From Lepidodermella squamata (Eukaryota > Animalia > Gastrotricha): a DNA stretch of 19,968 nucleotides. Below are positions 1-10,884 of the stretch, piece by piece. How positions within the stretch are numbered: position 1 is the first letter of the stretch; each line of letters opens with the position of its first letter. A program made the position numbers and the translations under genes. The stretch lies in the NCBI GenBank assembly GCA_047495785.1, contig JBLDXI010000145.1, forward strand, positions 1 through 19,968, written 5' to 3'. Below the pieces are notes generated by a model. It ran no database searches and was not told where the DNA came from. It saw only the letters and a list, made by a program, of their open reading frames with translations.

Positions 1-444
1 AATCCCCCAATTGCCGATAGAGATGTCTCAATGAGCAATCCGAAAGTTGCTTTTTGCCTATTGTTTTCATCAGCCTTCAGGTTATTGAATTATAATGTAT
101 CACATCATATTAAAGAGCCCGAAGAGCCCTATCAATTGGTCTGCAAATTGATTAATAAAGAGTTTAAATGGACCTAGAAGGCCAGAAGACTGTTACAGTG
201 AAAATATGCTAGCTTTTTAATAACTCATAGAACACGCAGTTACGGAACAAGTTATTAGGGAAAATGGGCTCTGCTAGAAGGGCTATTCTGCAATCTTGCT
301 TGGTTTCCAAATTAAAAAAAAACTGTTTAAAATAGCTGAAAATGACGTTGGGAACAATTCGGATTGCTCATTGGGATATCTCAATCGGCTATTGGGAGAA
401 ATTGCGTTATACGATACGACAAATATACAGAACTCTCAAAAAGT

Positions 445-633
445 AATGTTTCAACAATGTTTCTATTTTATTGATCGATTTTCTGTCGGCTAACATTCGA
501 ATTCTTCAGTTAGAAAGGCAACAGGTGACACTATATTATTTTCTATAGCGAGTTGCAAGGTGTAAGACGTAAATGGTTGCGGTATAATTATTGTTTACCT
601 AATGTTACTATCATCGGCAGCGAATAAAAACGT
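445..633 (+). repeat. Degenerate dispersed repeat, copy 1 (mirror 14014-14202)
   Basis: Collinear blocks aatgtttcaa, atcgattttct, aaggcaaca, atggttgcgg.ataatt and ggcagcgaa.a..aacgt are shared with 1748-1912. Confidence 0.75.
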
Positions 634-1371
634 TGTGGTGACAGATTATCTTTGTATAATTTAACAGTGTGGTTGATTCTGTTAGAAAGTCAAGCAATGT
701 TTTACTGCTCAGATGGCACAATCACTATTTTATCGGGAATTCTCTGCAAGACCAACTTTAACTTCAAGCTATACGCAATCTGTTGACTGGAGGCTTGTAT
801 CAAAAAATCAATGCTAATATAACGCGAAGATTAAGGAAATTTTGTTATTTTCATTCTTCATGCAGATTCGTTCAAACGAGTCGGTAAGAAGCATTGCAAT
901 ATGTACATGGGATTTACATTGGTGTATGAAGGGAATGAAAGGGGTAGTCAGTCTATCTTAAATTATGTCTATGCGGGAATAGCGGAGCTATACGAGCGCG
1001 GTTATCATGCCCTTTCAAATGACTTACTGCCCATGTAAACGTTTGTATATCGTCGCATATTATTTTAAAACAAAATGAAGAGCAAAAAATAGTAAAGGCA
1101 CGATATGGGATATGGCCATCGTTTATATCGACGGTTGGTAAGGAATTTTGCGTTATTCTGAGGTATCTCGACTCGGCTGTGGCTAAGCCGATTTTCTTCA
1201 ACTCTTGAAAAACTATCATTATTACTTTTGTTAGGAAAAAAGGGGATATAAAAGATGGAAACGATCATACGATAAACGATAAACGACTATGAAGATTATA
1301 GGCGACACTGCTAATGCGAGGGGGAAAGTGGATGGTAAAAATGACAGAAAATAAGACTGATAAATCTTCAT

Positions 1372-1546
1372 CATATCGTTCGTGGCGCGGAAGAACCCGC
1401 ACTTCGATGATTTTTTGCCCTGACTGTACTGCCGGAGTACAGCCTTGGATACTATAATACTGTGCGTTAGTAAGGCTGTACTCGCGGGGTACAGTCAGGG
1501 CAAAAAATCATCGAAGTGCGGGTTCTTCCGCGCCACGAACGATATG
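1372..1546. repeat. 175 bp fold-back (MITE-like) hairpin
   Basis: 1372-1429 is a perfect 58 bp inverted repeat of 1489-1546. Inner stem 1435-1446/1472-1483 (12 bp), 25 nt loop. Confidence 0.9.
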
Positions 1547-1555
1547 GAGAAGCTT

Positions 1556-1603
1556 TGGGACTGTTTACATATGCGAGCGAAAGCGAGCATGTAAACAGTC
1601 CCA
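1556..1603. repeat. Hairpin with 15 bp perfect stem (mirror copy at 13044-13091)
   Basis: tgggactgtttacat (1556-1570) / atgtaaacagtccca (1589-1603). The loop contains gcgaaagc. Confidence 0.85.
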
Positions 1604-1747
1604 CTGTTCAAATGATCACCAGTTCAGGATCCCAGCAGATACCAGAAGGGAAAATAATTGGGACCTGCCCATTACGTCGCACTGCGAAGCAAGTGCGCGT
1701 AAAGCAAATGTGTTTTTCTTAAACATGACTATAAACCATCAACAACC

Positions 1748-1912
1748 AATGTTTCAATCAATGTACCAATGTTAATCGATTTTCTGCTAATATTTGAACT
1801 CTCCAATTGGAAGGCAACATCTGACTGATTTTTCCAGCGAGGTGTCAGGCTTATGGTTGCGGAATAATTCTGATCACCCAATGTTGCGGTCATTGGCAGC
1901 GAAGAATAACGT
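1748..1912 (+). repeat. Degenerate dispersed repeat, copy 2 (mirror 12735-12899)
   Basis: Direct-orientation diverged copy of 445-633 with several small indels. Confidence 0.75.
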
Positions 1913-3762
1913 CTGACTAAAATTGTCCATCAATCAATCCTACACACTTCTTACTTACGCACTTCCATTTGCCACACGATCATTACGACCATTCTGCGTG
2001 TGCGTCTGATGGTCTGCTAATTATCGCGCAAGTGCGCGCACTACACCGATACCGATATTTTGGCGCACTTCCGAAATTAGGCAGATATTTGTACGCAGCT
2101 GGGTTGCTCCGCAAAGCAAAATAGTATCAACTTATTAATGTAACTGTTCCATTTCTGAATGCAATACCATGCTAGTTTTTCGATATTCACTAATCCTGAA
2201 TCGTCAACTGAATCCTGACAAATTTTCACGCATTAATTCGACAGGTCGGTATCGCCTGACGGGAAACCCGAAGTCACGCGCCAAAAAATCGAAAATAAAA
2301 TTGTCAAGGTCACTTTAAATTTTTATTCAATTTTTATATTACTCAACTAACGTTTAACAAATTTTGAAGAATGTAAATGAAACGAACGGCATTTGCCGCG
2401 GGCGTCAAGGACAAACAGAGAAAAACGGGGAGGGGGTCTGCCGACTAACAGCAGTCCCCGGTAACCCGGGACCTGCCCATAGTGTCGCTCTCAATTCACA
2501 GCATCGCCCCGCTTTAGAACTAAGGTTTCTTGCTAGTAATAAGTTATACGTCACACGTTTAGAAAATGCTGCAGTGCTCTAAGCCCTAGGAGGTCACACC
2601 GTCCGCATTTTTCTCAAGTTCTATTGTTCGGCAGCTACTTCTCTCGTTCTGGTCAGGTCTCATGTCATTGGTCATTGTTCGTTGTAACATAAAATTGCTT
2701 CGGGCAAACCCCAACCCCCAACCCCGGGTTGGGTTTCAATTTTCGGGATACAGCTGTAGGTGTGATCACAGCGGACGCGAAACAGCTCGTTGAAATTCCC
2801 GAGTTCTTGGCCGATAAGTTTCGGTAAGGTGGCTCGTGCTTTACCGAGATTTTTTGCCCATTCCAGGTTAGAATTATCTCTAGCCAACTGGACTGGGGCA
2901 TGCCAGGACTTGACAGGAAGAGCATGACTGAAGTATTGAATTTTGCGAAGAGGCTTTGATTGCTGATTGTATTCGAGTTGTCGAGATTTGCTATTGATTA
3001 TTGTTCAATCTCTTCTGCTATCTGCTATCGGTTATGGCTTGATAGTGATTGCTGAACTATTCGCTTAAGTACTCTTCTCGCGTATTTTTTATTTGGTACC
3101 TATTCTTCAAGTCGCGAACAATTTTACAATTTCCTCGCTTGTAATCGACAGCTTAAACAAATTATTCATAATACTTATTTGTCTTTGTGTGTGCCGAGTT
3201 AATGTCACTAGAATCACCGACAACGTTTGAAGGCAAAGGTTGAAGGTTTTTTCGTATAGCCTATTACCCCAGCCCTCACCCAGCAACAGTGCGGCAAAGG
3301 AAAGGAATCGCGATCCAGCAAGCCAGGTCGAGCGTGTGTAATACTCATACTACATGTAACTCAGTAAGACGACGATTCCTTTCGAGATATTCTGTGTTTT
3401 TAATCATAGTTCCTAATTATCTATATAATTCTACATAATTGATCTGATGATGCACATAATTAGAGTCGCATGACACTTGTGAGTGGGTTCCGGTGCCAAT
3501 TTCACCTCTTTTTTTGGGTTGGTAGAAATCAAGTTGATCCATCAGTTAACAGGAATAAAAGCTGATCGGTCACAAGTTACAAATTCATTTCGAGCAATAT
3601 GACGATTTACTTTTCCTCTAAATGGCAATGAACATTTTTTCCTTATTGTTATTTCTGTAGCAGCTAGCGAGGATCAATCTTCGCATTATTTTCAACTTAC
3701 CACGGTTTTTGTTATTGATGATTTTATTTGTTACATCATAGAAAGTTAAAAAATATTACTTC

Positions 3763-4539
3763 ATGATGGCATCAACCTCACAATCAGCTCCAACAACATC
3801 GCAGGCTGGCTCCCGCAAAGCCGTATTAGCATTAGCGACTATCTTCGGACTATCCTTGCTATCGCTTTTCATGGTGTATCGCAGCTTTCCGGAGTTGAAG
3901 GAATCGGAGAAGGGGTATTTCAAGCTTCCGACCAACATCCAAGATGCCAAAAATCTGGGGAAGGTTCTTTCTAACTACAAAACCGACCATTATTACAATG
4001 TGTTGTTTGGTGTCATAGTGACATACATATTTCTGCAAACATTTGCTATTCCTGGTTCCATCTTTTTATCAATTATTTGTGGCTTTCTGTTCCCTTTTCC
4101 CCTCGCACTGGCTCTTATTTGCACTTGTTCTGCGACGGGTGCTTCTTTCTGCTACTTTCTATCTTTTCTCGTAGGTCGCCCAATTGCGAACAAATATATC
4201 GCTGATCGGTTAAGAAATTGGTCGCTTCAAGTGCAGAAGCACAACGATCAACTGCTTTACTATATTTTATTCCTCCGAATTACTCCTTTCATTCCAAACT
4301 GGTTCATCAATTTGGCTTCTCCTTTAGTAGAAGTGCCATTGCTACCATTTTTCCTGGGAACATTCATTGGCGTGGCACCGCCGTCCTGCGTTGCAATAAA
4401 TGCGGGTGGTACTCTATACGAATTGACATCTGAACGCGACGCGTTTTCGCTAAAATCCATTCTTTTCTTAGTCGGATCTGCTGTTCTTGCGTTAGTACCA
4501 ATTTTGTTCAAAAGACGTCTCAGTAAAAAGTTTGAATGA
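3763..4539 (+). CDS. TMEM41B: Transmembrane protein 41B (stasimon-like; DedA/VTT-domain ER lipid scramblase), 258 aa, intronless CDS; mirror copy
   Basis: Family motifs KLPTNIQDAKNLGKVLSNYK, TYIFLQTFAIPGSIFLSI, CSATGASFCY and FLRITPFIPNWFINLASP. AATAAA at about 4558 after the stop. Confidence 0.95.
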   Translation: MMASTSQSAPTTSQAGSRKAVLALATIFGLSLLSLFMVYRSFPELKESEKGYFKLPTNIQDAKNLGKVLSNYKTDHYYNVLFGVIVTYIFLQTFAIPGSIFLSIICGFLFPFPLALALICTCSATGASFCYFLSFLVGRPIANKYIADRLRNWSLQVQKHNDQLLYYILFLRITPFIPNWFINLASPLVEVPLLPFFLGTFIGVAPPSCVAINAGGTLYELTSERDAFSLKSILFLVGSAVLALVPILFKRRLSKKFE

Positions 4540-5141
4540 GCGAATCCGGTCCTTGAAAATAAAATCTTGCGAATGTCGGAAAGAGTTTTGTAATATTTAT
4601 TGCAATTATTGCGGTTCACTCGAATATTGTTTACTCGTTGTTTCTTTGGCGCTACTGACTAAATGTATCTAGCTCAAGCCGAAGTAGTGATTAGTAAAGT
4701 CCGTGTGACCAAGTGCTCCACGCGTATTGTGCCCAGCTGATAGATAGTTGCGAATGAATTATTTCTGATTGATGACATCTGCATTAACTCGTTTACAAGA
4801 ATGAATGAAATTATTATATGTATCAACAAAGCTGCAATGTTCAAATAAACCCGCGGTCGTTCTATTTATTCTTTCTGACTCGAAGAGTTTTCAGGGTTAC
4901 AAACATCGTGATGCATGATCGGCACTCAAATATGATCACCAGGCTAGTAGAAGTCAAGGATTGATGGGTAATCCCAGTGATAAAAAGTCAGCCGCAGACA
5001 AGATATAAAAGCATGGCACGGTTGAGAGCCAGGGACAAGCGGTATACTTCGAAAACGATTCTAGGCAGTCGCACACACAAAAATAAGACTTAAGATTTTA
5101 ACGAGACGTTGACATTCCGCGTGCAGTCGATGTTTAGAAGT

Positions 5142-6521
5142 TTACTGTTGTTGCTGAGGAGAGTTCATTTCAATATGGTGAAGAACAGCAGTTACGAAAT
5201 CGGTGGTCGAGTCGTAGCCACCGAGATCGGGCGTGCGAACTTTTCCGTCTTTGATAACGGCAAACACCGCGTTTCGAATGCGGTCGGCATATTTCGGCAA
5301 ATGCAAGTGCCGCAGTAAATTTGTGCCCATCAGCAGAGCCGCTGTGGGGTTTGCAATATTGCGGCCAACGCCGGCAGAGAAGGCGTGTCTCGCACCTGGC
5401 TCGAAGACAACAACATCCGAGCTATAGCTCTCACCGGGGACGATACCAGCGCCGCCAACAAGACCTAAATAAAAAATCATTTTGAACCAGAATGCGGATC
5501 CATTTGGGAAATTACCGGCAGCGAGATTATCGACGATGTTGCCGTAGAGATTGGGCATGACCATCACGTCGAATTGATGCGGATTCTGAACCAGCTGCAT
5601 GCAGCAGTTATCGATGATCATCGCTTCGAATTTGATTTGAGGGTAGAGCTTGGCGACGGCGCCGCAACACTCGAGGAACAAGCCATCGCCCAGCTTCATG
5701 ATATTCGCCTTGTGCACGGCGGTCACCTTTTTGCGGTTGTTGCGGGCAGCGTAGTCGAACGCGAACTTAGCAATACGCATCGACCTCTGACGAGTGACGA
5801 TCTTTAAGCTTTCAACAACACCCCGCACGACTGAAATATAATACAATTTTAAGGAGGAATGGCTCTGACAAAAAATAGCCAACCTTCGTGCTCTAAGCAT
5901 GAGTATTCGCCCTCAGTTTGTTCGCGAATAATAACAAAATTCAAGTCGTCATGGCGCGTTTTGAGTCCTTAATAAAATCGGCATTTCAAGATTCAAGAAG
6001 TACGTTATTCACTCGGTTTTACCTGGCATGCTGTTGATGTGTACAACGTTGGCATACAAGTCAAGGGCGCGACGCAAGCGCATGTTGTAGGTGTGCAATT
6101 CGCCCTTTGGATGCGACGATGGGTAGGCGATGATGCCCTTGATGCAGACACCATTTCGGCGCACCGAATCAACGACAGCGTCGAAGCCGTCAGACGCGTA
6201 GGGATTGATTTCAGACAAGTTCAACAGCTCAAAGGTCACGGGAACAGCCATCTTCTTATAGACGTCACGAACCACATGCAAGAGCTCTACAACATGGAGT
6301 GAGTAATTAAGGACGATCCTAAATATCATAAAAGCGCTTCACATACCAGGCCAAACACCGTCTCCTGGGATAACGGTGACCTTGCGATTTTCATTTAGCT
6401 TAGCGGCTGTTTGGTTTGGCTGTTGCGAAGTAGATGCTGCGGCGGCCAAGGTTCGGCCTTGAACCAGCACCAAGCGGTTACCGAGCGCGAAGGCCTGGCG
6501 GATTACGTTTTGTGACAACAT
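5142..6521 (-). CDS. IDH3B: IDH3 beta subunit, mirror copy. Exons 6521-6347, 6286-6023, 5967-5884, 5830-5516, 5464-5142
   Basis: Reverse complement of 8126-9505; ORF-track translations are identical. Confidence 0.93.
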
Positions 6522-6658
6522 CCTTATTAAAATAGGTTTTACTAAGGCAACCTAAAATAAGAAACAACTTTCGGTTGAGAATTGCTCGTGTTTTCTAGCA
6601 ATAAAATATCAAAAATCTATAATAAGCATGCCTCAGATGCCAACGAAAAAAAAACATC

Positions 6659-6941
6659 TCAAAGCTCCAACTTGCAAATATCTAATACACAAAAGGTAGC
6701 CCGGCAGGTTGGGCAAGGGCACTTATGAGTCATCCAAGTTGCAGGATCCTCTTGCGACTGCCGCGCGGCAAACCAGCGTCCAAGGCACTCGGCGCACCAC
6801 ATCGGGCGGCAAAAGCATTGCTGACATGGCGGCAGTTCGCCTCGCTCCTCAGGCACATCCTCGCACAATCGCTGCAACTTCACATTAGCAGGCTTCTGCA
6901 TACAGCCAATGCACATTTCCGATTCGATAAGATCAGCAGGT
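6659..6941 (-). pseudogene. TMEM129: Inverted 3' fragment of TMEM129 (RING domain only), produced by the fold-back
   Basis: Identical to the reverse complement of 7706-7988; lacks the transmembrane region. Confidence 0.85.
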
Positions 6942-6992
6942 AGGTGATAATATTCTCAAAAAAATCATGATTTAACTACGATCTGCAACTAG

Positions 6993-7988
6993 CTCGACTT
7001 TGTTGGCTATCATATCCGTCGAACTGTTGCTACAATCGTCGTGCACGCTGCTCTCCCCATCGGATATTTTTTAGCTCTGGCGTTGTTCACCTCAACCAAT
7101 ATAAATGGCCTATTTGAAATGCTTTTCTTTACGAGTCGCGGCGGAATCGCTTGGCCGGGTCTCGCCGCTATCGTTGCATCCATCTTCATTTTTTCTGCAG
7201 CTATGCTATTAGCTCGATCCTGGCTCAACGGTAATCACCCGATCATCCGGCAACTGCAGCAGTACAACCCTAACGATTGGCAGCGCATCGCCGCCGAAAT
7301 ATCGACGGAAATGCTGCGGATAGACAAATTCGAAACAGGGCCTCCGTCGCGGCGTCTCATTGTCACTGATTCTTGGGTGTTACTCACCACGACCTATAAC
7401 GTGAATTTCGCTCGAAAAGTTGATATACGCCTCCGCTTAAAAGGCGCTCTTGATATTGCTATGCACCCGGATTTGGGTCAACACGGCGTTCAGTTTTTGG
7501 ACATTGACGTGTTGGATGTCGCTCACTTTGCCACTGAAAAAGTATTATTTTCAGTCAGACTTAGCTCGCTTGAGTTTAACGAATTGCAAACGCGAATCAA
7601 TTCACCGATTGAAAATGTCCGCAATGTTGTGATCCGCCAATCTCTGTCTGATCAATTTGTAGCCGCTTTCCTTGACCAAATCGATAGCAATCCACGCTAT
7701 CACCCACCTGCTGATCTTATCGAATCGGAAATGTGCATTGGCTGTATGCAGAAGCCTGCTAATGTGAAGTTGCAGCGATTGTGCGAGGATGTGCCTGAGG
7801 AGCGAGGCGAACTGCCGCCATGTCAGCAATGCTTTTGCCGCCCGATGTGGTGCGCCGAGTGCCTTGGACGCTGGTTTGCCGCGCGGCAGTCGCAAGAGGA
7901 TCCTGCAACTTGGATGACTCATAAGTGCCCTTGCCCAACCTGCCGGGCTACCTTTTGTGTATTAGATATTTGCAAGTTGGAGCTTTGA
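6993..7988 (+). CDS. TMEM129: ERAD E3 ubiquitin ligase TMEM129, 5'-partial. Last exon of 331 aa; upstream exon(s) are lost at the inversion junction
   Basis: Intron 6940-6992 (gtaggt...aactag, 53 nt) is followed by LDFVGYHIRRTVATIVVHAALPIGY, LIVTDSWV and a C-terminal Cys-rich RING (CIGC...CQQCFCRPMWCAECLGRWFAARQ...CPTCRATFCVLD). No native start codon is present. Confidence 0.93.
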   Translation, partial: LDFVGYHIRRTVATIVVHAALPIGYFLALALFTSTNINGLFEMLFFTSRGGIAWPGLAAIVASIFIFSAAMLLARSWLNGNHPIIRQLQQYNPNDWQRIAAEISTEMLRIDKFETGPPSRRLIVTDSWVLLTTTYNVNFARKVDIRLRLKGALDIAMHPDLGQHGVQFLDIDVLDVAHFATEKVLFSVRLSSLEFNELQTRINSPIENVRNVVIRQSLSDQFVAAFLDQIDSNPRYHPPADLIESEMCIGCMQKPANVKLQRLCEDVPEERGELPPCQQCFCRPMWCAECLGRWFAARQSQEDPATWMTHKCPCPTCRATFCVLDICKLEL

Positions 7989-8125
7989 GATGTTTTTTTT
8001 TCGTTGGCATCTGAGGCATGCTTATTATAGATTTTTGATATTTTATTGCTAGAAAACACGAGCAATTCTCAACCGAAAGTTGTTTCTTATTTTAGGTTGC
8101 CTTAGTAAAACCTATTTTAATAAGG

Positions 8126-9505
8126 ATGTTGTCACAAAACGTAATCCGCCAGGCCTTCGCGCTCGGTAACCGCTTGGTGCTGGTTCAAGGCCGAACCTTG
8201 GCCGCCGCAGCATCTACTTCGCAACAGCCAAACCAAACAGCCGCTAAGCTAAATGAAAATCGCAAGGTCACCGTTATCCCAGGAGACGGTGTTTGGCCTG
8301 GTATGTGAAGCGCTTTTATGATATTTAGGATCGTCCTTAATTACTCACTCCATGTTGTAGAGCTCTTGCATGTGGTTCGTGACGTCTATAAGAAGATGGC
8401 TGTTCCCGTGACCTTTGAGCTGTTGAACTTGTCTGAAATCAATCCCTACGCGTCTGACGGCTTCGACGCTGTCGTTGATTCGGTGCGCCGAAATGGTGTC
8501 TGCATCAAGGGCATCATCGCCTACCCATCGTCGCATCCAAAGGGCGAATTGCACACCTACAACATGCGCTTGCGTCGCGCCCTTGACTTGTATGCCAACG
8601 TTGTACACATCAACAGCATGCCAGGTAAAACCGAGTGAATAACGTACTTCTTGAATCTTGAAATGCCGATTTTATTAAGGACTCAAAACGCGCCATGACG
8701 ACTTGAATTTTGTTATTATTCGCGAACAAACTGAGGGCGAATACTCATGCTTAGAGCACGAAGGTTGGCTATTTTTTGTCAGAGCCATTCCTCCTTAAAA
8801 TTGTATTATATTTCAGTCGTGCGGGGTGTTGTTGAAAGCTTAAAGATCGTCACTCGTCAGAGGTCGATGCGTATTGCTAAGTTCGCGTTCGACTACGCTG
8901 CCCGCAACAACCGCAAAAAGGTGACCGCCGTGCACAAGGCGAATATCATGAAGCTGGGCGATGGCTTGTTCCTCGAGTGTTGCGGCGCCGTCGCCAAGCT
9001 CTACCCTCAAATCAAATTCGAAGCGATGATCATCGATAACTGCTGCATGCAGCTGGTTCAGAATCCGCATCAATTCGACGTGATGGTCATGCCCAATCTC
9101 TACGGCAACATCGTCGATAATCTCGCTGCCGGTAATTTCCCAAATGGATCCGCATTCTGGTTCAAAATGATTTTTTATTTAGGTCTTGTTGGCGGCGCTG
9201 GTATCGTCCCCGGTGAGAGCTATAGCTCGGATGTTGTTGTCTTCGAGCCAGGTGCGAGACACGCCTTCTCTGCCGGCGTTGGCCGCAATATTGCAAACCC
9301 CACAGCGGCTCTGCTGATGGGCACAAATTTACTGCGGCACTTGCATTTGCCGAAATATGCCGACCGCATTCGAAACGCGGTGTTTGCCGTTATCAAAGAC
9401 GGAAAAGTTCGCACGCCCGATCTCGGTGGCTACGACTCGACCACCGATTTCGTAACTGCTGTTCTTCACCATATTGAAATGAACTCTCCTCAGCAACAAC
9501 AGTAA
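8126..9505 (+). CDS. IDH3B: NAD-dependent isocitrate dehydrogenase subunit beta, mitochondrial. Exons 8126-8300, 8361-8624, 8680-8763, 8817-9131, 9183-9505; 386 aa
   Basis: Joining across GT-AG introns of 60, 55, 53 and 51 nt gives one continuous frame. It has an Arg/Ala-rich transit-like N-terminus, [85 protein letters not shown] and [10 protein letters not shown], matching the beta subunit as I recall it. Confidence 0.95.
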
Positions 9506-10107
9506 ACTTCTAAACATCGACTGCACGCGGAATGTCAACGTCTCGTTAAAATCTTAAGTCTTATTTTTGTGTGTGCGACTGCCTAGAATCGTTTTCGAAG
9601 TATACCGCTTGTCCCTGGCTCTCAACCGTGCCATGCTTTTATATCTTGTCTGCGGCTGACTTTTTATCACTGGGATTACCCATCAATCCTTGACTTCTAC
9701 TAGCCTGGTGATCATATTTGAGTGCCGATCATGCATCACGATGTTTGTAACCCTGAAAACTCTTCGAGTCAGAAAGAATAAATAGAACGACCGCGGGTTT
9801 ATTTGAACATTGCAGCTTTGTTGATACATATAATAATTTCATTCATTCTTGTAAACGAGTTAATGCAGATGTCATCAATCAGAAATAATTCATTCGCAAC
9901 TATCTATCAGCTGGGCACAATACGCGTGGAGCACTTGGTCACACGGACTTTACTAATCACTACTTCGGCTTGAGCTAGATACATTTAGTCAGTAGCGCCA
10001 AAGAAACAACGAGTAAACAATATTCGAGTGAACCGCAATAATTGCAATAAATATTACAAAACTCTTTCCGACATTCGCAAGATTTTATTTTCAAGGACCG
10101 GATTCGC

Positions 10108-10884
10108 TCATTCAAACTTTTTACTGAGACGTCTTTTGAACAAAATTGGTACTAACGCAAGAACAGCAGATCCGACTAAGAAAAGAATGGATTTTAGCGA
10201 AAACGCGTCGCGTTCAGATGTCAATTCGTATAGAGTACCACCCGCATTTATTGCAACGCAGGACGGCGGTGCCACGCCAATGAATGTTCCCAGGAAAAAT
10301 GGTAGCAATGGCACTTCTACTAAAGGAGAAGCCAAATTGATGAACCAGTTTGGAATGAAAGGAGTAATTCGGAGGAATAAAATATAGTAAAGCAGTTGAT
10401 CGTTGTGCTTCTGCACTTGAAGCGACCAATTTCTTAACCGATCAGCGATATATTTGTTCGCAATTGGGCGACCTACGAGAAAAGATAGAAAGTAGCAGAA
10501 AGAAGCACCCGTCGCAGAACAAGTGCAAATAAGAGCCAGTGCGAGGGGAAAAGGGAACAGAAAGCCACAAATAATTGATAAAAAGATGGAACCAGGAATA
10601 GCAAATGTTTGCAGAAATATGTATGTCACTATGACACCAAACAACACATTGTAATAATGGTCGGTTTTGTAGTTAGAAAGAACCTTCCCCAGATTTTTGG
10701 CATCTTGGATGTTGGTCGGAAGCTTGAAATACCCCTTCTCCGATTCCTTCAACTCCGGAAAGCTGCGATACACCATGAAAAGCGATAGCAAGGATAGTCC
10801 GAAGATAGTCGCTAATGCTAATACGGCTTTGCGGGAGCCAGCCTGCGATGTTGTTGGAGCTGATTGTGAGGTTGATGCCATCAT
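10108..10884 (-). CDS. TMEM41B: Transmembrane protein 41B, 258 aa, intronless CDS
   Basis: Translation identical to 3763-4539, with the same family motifs. Confidence 0.95.
   Translation of the reverse strand: MMASTSQSAPTTSQAGSRKAVLALATIFGLSLLSLFMVYRSFPELKESEKGYFKLPTNIQDAKNLGKVLSNYKTDHYYNVLFGVIVTYIFLQTFAIPGSIFLSIICGFLFPFPLALALICTCSATGASFCYFLSFLVGRPIANKYIADRLRNWSLQVQKHNDQLLYYILFLRITPFIPNWFINLASPLVEVPLLPFFLGTFIGVAPPSCVAINAGGTLYELTSERDAFSLKSILFLVGSAVLALVPILFKRRLSKKFE

Larger units (their letters stand above)
1..6949. repeat. Left arm of giant inverted repeat (reverse complement of 7698-14646); cut off by window start
   Basis: Mirrored ORF pairs sum to 14647 (296+14351, 3763+10884, 5142+9505, 6659+7988) with identical translations. 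Position 1 aatccccc is the reverse complement of gggggatt ending at 14646. Differences I noticed: 6942 and 1457-1474. I did not check every base. Confidence 0.98.

Noticed and set aside
1605-1702. The 95 bp repeat as an snRNA or spliced-leader RNA gene
   Set aside because: The minus strand has a superficially U6-like 5' hairpin and a T-rich tract, but no ACAGAGA box, no convincing Sm site and no clear leader/donor arrangement.
2706-2736. Telomere-like CCCCAA repeats with a short palindrome
   Set aside because: Only two to three imperfect units, which is compatible with chance.
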